DNA of 64,000 nucleotides from Chiloscyllium plagiosum. Lineage: Eukaryota. Positions 60,596-64,000 of the stretch are shown piece after piece. Location: contig NC_057718.1 of the NCBI RefSeq assembly GCF_004010195.1, forward strand, positions 97,090,079 to 97,154,078. The letters are read 5' to 3'. Each line of letters opens with the position of its first letter. The first letter of the stretch is position 1. The notes under the pieces are model-generated. The model worked only from the letters and a program-made list of their open reading frames with translations. It made no database searches and was not told where the DNA came from. The translations under genes and the position numbers were made by a program.

Positions 60596-61977
60596 GCCAT
60601 CGTGGCCTGTGTTGTTCAGTATTCCCAATTCTCCCGAACTTCCAAAATGCACAAACAGTGATGGCTTGAGCATCCTTAGCTTCTGAATATCGTCTTAGAG
60701 CCGGCAACTGGACGAAGGTTTCAGTGAGAATGCAGAATTCCAGAGATCATTGACTGTGGTGCTTATAAAGTTTTTATTCAGCCAGCCAAGAAGCTAGTGT
60801 GTGTTTAAAAGTGTGTAAAATTAGTGGAGAGTTTAGAGACTAGCAACTCCATCCAACTTGCCCTTCACGCTAATGCCCGAAGCAGTGTTGATTGAACCCA
60901 TTCAGTATTTCGGCAGGAGAACCAAGGCTGAAATGAGGAAAACTTATTTTTATGTGTAGAGCGTTTAAGACTGGGAACAGACAGCCCAAGAGTGTGGCAG
61001 GGGCACCTTCGATGGTGGCTTTCAAAATGGTGCTGGATAACGATCTGCAGGGCTGTGGGGACGCAGTGGTGGGGTGGGACTCGCAGTGAGGCATCACAGT
61101 CCATTGGGTCAAATGGCCTCTTTCTGTGCTGTTGTACATCTTCTCTCCATCTTGCAACCCCATCGCCCTTGACTAGGCATTCTTTTAGGTGAATTCTAAA
61201 ACAGAGAGAAGGGGAATTGAACTTGGAAATGTCAGTGTGATTTGGGTCCTTTTTGGCTGTTCCTGATTCTGGTTTAGAATCCTGAATACATTATTGGGGA
61301 CCGTGCTGAAGAGTAGTGAGGCCTTGTCCTGGAGCAGCTCCTCAAAGTCCACACATTACCTGGTGTTTTGTGAATGACACTGTGTAGATTGTTGACCATT
61401 TTTTGCTTTGAAAAAGGACCAGCTAAAACATAACGAGGGCTGCTGGGAGAGGTTCCAGTGGGTGCTGTGGTCTGCACTGTCACGGTAATCAGCTCTAGTG
61501 TTCTCCAGAGCTTTGTCCTGGATCTCAGACCATTGTCCTGCCCATTCACGATAGATGTCAACTTTGGAAACATTGAACGTACCAGGTCTTTTTGGACCAC
61601 ACACAGTGTATGCTGAGAGGATGTTTCCTATTGTAAGTGAGACTGGAACCAGGGGCAATGTTTAAAAATGAGGTGGCTCCCCTTTAAGACAGAGGTGAGG
61701 AGAAATAGTTTCACTGCGTGTCATGGATCTGTTGGACTGTCCAGAATAGGGTGGAGACAGTTCCTGACAAGGGAGTCGAAGCAAACTGAGAGGGATTGGC
61801 ATGAAAGTGGAATTGAGGCCACATTTTGATCAGCTATGGCCTTATCAAATGACAGTATAGGTGTGAAGGGTCAAATAGCTTACTCCTGCTCCTGGCCTGT
61901 CTGCTCATAAATGACTTGAGGAGTGTCCTCAGCATTTGATTATTTCCAAAGAACTGCTTTGAACTGGAGAGACTGAT

Positions 61978-62988
61978 CATGACCCTGTGGCTCATGCCCC
62001 CATGACCCTGTGGCTCAAGCTCCCCAGGACCCTGTGGCTCATGCCCCCCCCCCCCATGACCCTGTGGCTCATGTTCCCATGACCCTGTGGCTCATGCCCC
62101 CCAGGACCCTGTGGCTCATGCCCCCCAGGACCCTGTGGCTCATGCCCCCCATGACCCTGTGGCTCATGCCCCCCANNNNNNNNNNNNNNNNNNNNNNNNN
62201 NNNNNNNNNNNNNNNNNNNNNNNNNNNNNNNNNNNNNNNNNNNNNNNNNNNNNNNNNNNNNNNNNNNNNNNNNNNNNNNNNNNNNNNNNNNNNNNNNNNN
62301 NNNNNNNNNNNNNNNNNNNNNNNNNNNNNNNNNNNNNNNNNNNNNNNNNNNNNNNNNNNNNNNNNNNNNNNNNNNNNNNNNNNNNNNNNNNNNNNNNNNN
62401 NNNNNNNNNNNNNNNNNNNNNNNNNNNNNNNNNNNNNNNNNNNNNNNNNNNNNNNNNNNNNNNNNNNNNNNNNNNNNNNNNNNAGGACTCTGTGGCTCAT
62501 GCCCCCCCATGACCCTGTGGCTCACGTTCCCATGACCCTGTGGCTCAAGCACCCATGGCCCAGTGGCTCATGCCTCCCATTACCCTTTGGCCATGCCCCC
62601 CATCAACCTGTGGCTCATGTCCCCCATGACCCTATGGTTCATGCTCCCCATGACCCTGTGGCTCATGCCCCCATGACCCTGTGGCTCATGCCCCCATGAC
62701 CCTGTGGCCCATGCCCCCCATGACCCTGTGGCTCATGCCCCCCATGACCCTGTGGCTCATGCCCCCATGACCCTGTGGCCCATGCCCCCCACGCCCCTGA
62801 GGCTCATGCCTCCCATGACCCTGTGGCCCATGCCCCCCCATGACCCTGTGGCTCATGTCCCCATGACCCTGTGGCCCATGCCCCCCCATGACCCTGTGGC
62901 TCATGTCCCCATGACTCTGTGGCCCATGTCCCCCATGACCCTGTGGCTCATGCCCCCCATGACCCTGTAGCTCATGTCCCCATGACCT
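61978..62988. repeat. ~21-23 bp minisatellite (gap inside)
   Basis: Dozens of copies of catgaccctgtggctcatg followed by a variable C run. Confidence 0.97.
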
Positions 62989-64000
62989 GGCAGCCTATTA
63001 TCCCATTCCCTTGTCGGTCATGTTCCATGCTGGCTCGCAATAAGAATATTGGATGGCAGAGCAAATTGATAGAGCTGAACGAACCAGCTTCTGGTGCTAT
63101 GACACGTGCTTCCTCATTCGCTATTTGGAAATCATAGCTTTGTGACAGTTATTTATACTTTTTGATTTGATTTATTATTGCCACATGTACCGAGATACAA
63201 TGAAAAATATTGTTTTGTGTGCTATCTGGGCAAATCATAACTTACATAAGTACAGGAGGGTCATAGAGCAGAATCAAGTATCACAGTGACAGAAAAGGTG
63301 CAGTGAAAGATCACCTTTAACCTACGAGGGGTCTGTTCAAGAGTAGGGAAGAAGCTGTTCTTGAATCTGTTAATTTGAGGGCCGACTGAGCTCTTATTAC
63401 TCAGCAGTTTGCATTTACGTCCTTTGCCTCACTCATTTGGCTGATGTTAATGCCCGAGTATTGGCAGTGAGCTGTGGCAGGTGGTACAGTCATGGTGGTA
63501 GTGTTTGGTGGGACTGGCTTTTGCACTGAACCATCAATCTGACCTCACTTGACACTTGCACGTGGAACCTCTCCAGTGGAGTCTCGAACAGGAATATAAT
63601 CACTGCTACAGGGGTTCTTTACCTCATTGAGGAGTGCACTTGCTAACTGAGCCACAAAGGGATGATCAGCTTAGATTATCTACTGTAGGGGGAGAAAAAA
63701 GTGCATTGTCCCAAACGATTAGATGTCAATGCGCCAATACAAACCACACCTGGGAATGCAGTGAGTGCCCGTGTGGAAAATGAATGGATTTGAGTCCACT
63801 TGTTGAATTTGCTAATTGTTGGGACGGCTACTCACTTGAACAAAATGACTGCTTGGTAAATCCTCCTCCAGGAGACACGTTTTCAAGCTTCATGGGGCAA
63901 AAGGAAAGCCATCCGAAGCCTTTCATTTTAAAAAAAAAATGAAAGACGATGAATTGACTTGGGCCAGCATTGGTGGCACACTGATGCTGACATCTTGTTT

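Noticed and set aside
61978..62988. CRISPR-like array (also 7120-7670)
   Set aside because: No unique spacers, no cas genes, vertebrate context; these are plain minisatellites

Overview
Eukaryotic, repeat-saturated genomic DNA, almost certainly from a cartilaginous fish (shark). This inference rests on abundant HE1/V-SINE-type SINEs and CR1 LINE tails. There are four assembly gaps (~10253-11004, 19583-20094, 44337-44836, 62176-62483). I can support only one host exon: a 69-nt phase-0/0 exon at 51393-51461 (+) encoding ETDLLEISLVKDARTGKYARNPK, part of a phospholipase C beta PH domain and closest to PLCB1 exon 3. The window is therefore probably two giant introns. The rest is decayed mobile DNA: about 20 V-SINEs, a second tRNA-SINE with its partner LINE, CR1 and Rex1/Babar fragments, a solo LTR, Penelope-like elements (PLEs) with GIY-YIG/RT remnants and minimal hammerhead-ribozyme motifs, and two minisatellites. 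The supplied ORFs are nearly all spurious or TE-derived. Three things stand out. (1) Two independent CR1 insertions each contain an inverted copy of DNA from their own 5' flank, giving inverted repeats with ~1.1 kb and ~0.32 kb arms. (2) A tandem PLE duplication places two identical hammerhead motifs 837 nt apart. (3) Many small fold-back PLE-end inserts are flanked by 11-16 bp target-site duplications (TSDs). All family names come from recall, not database searches, and most TE boundaries are approximate.
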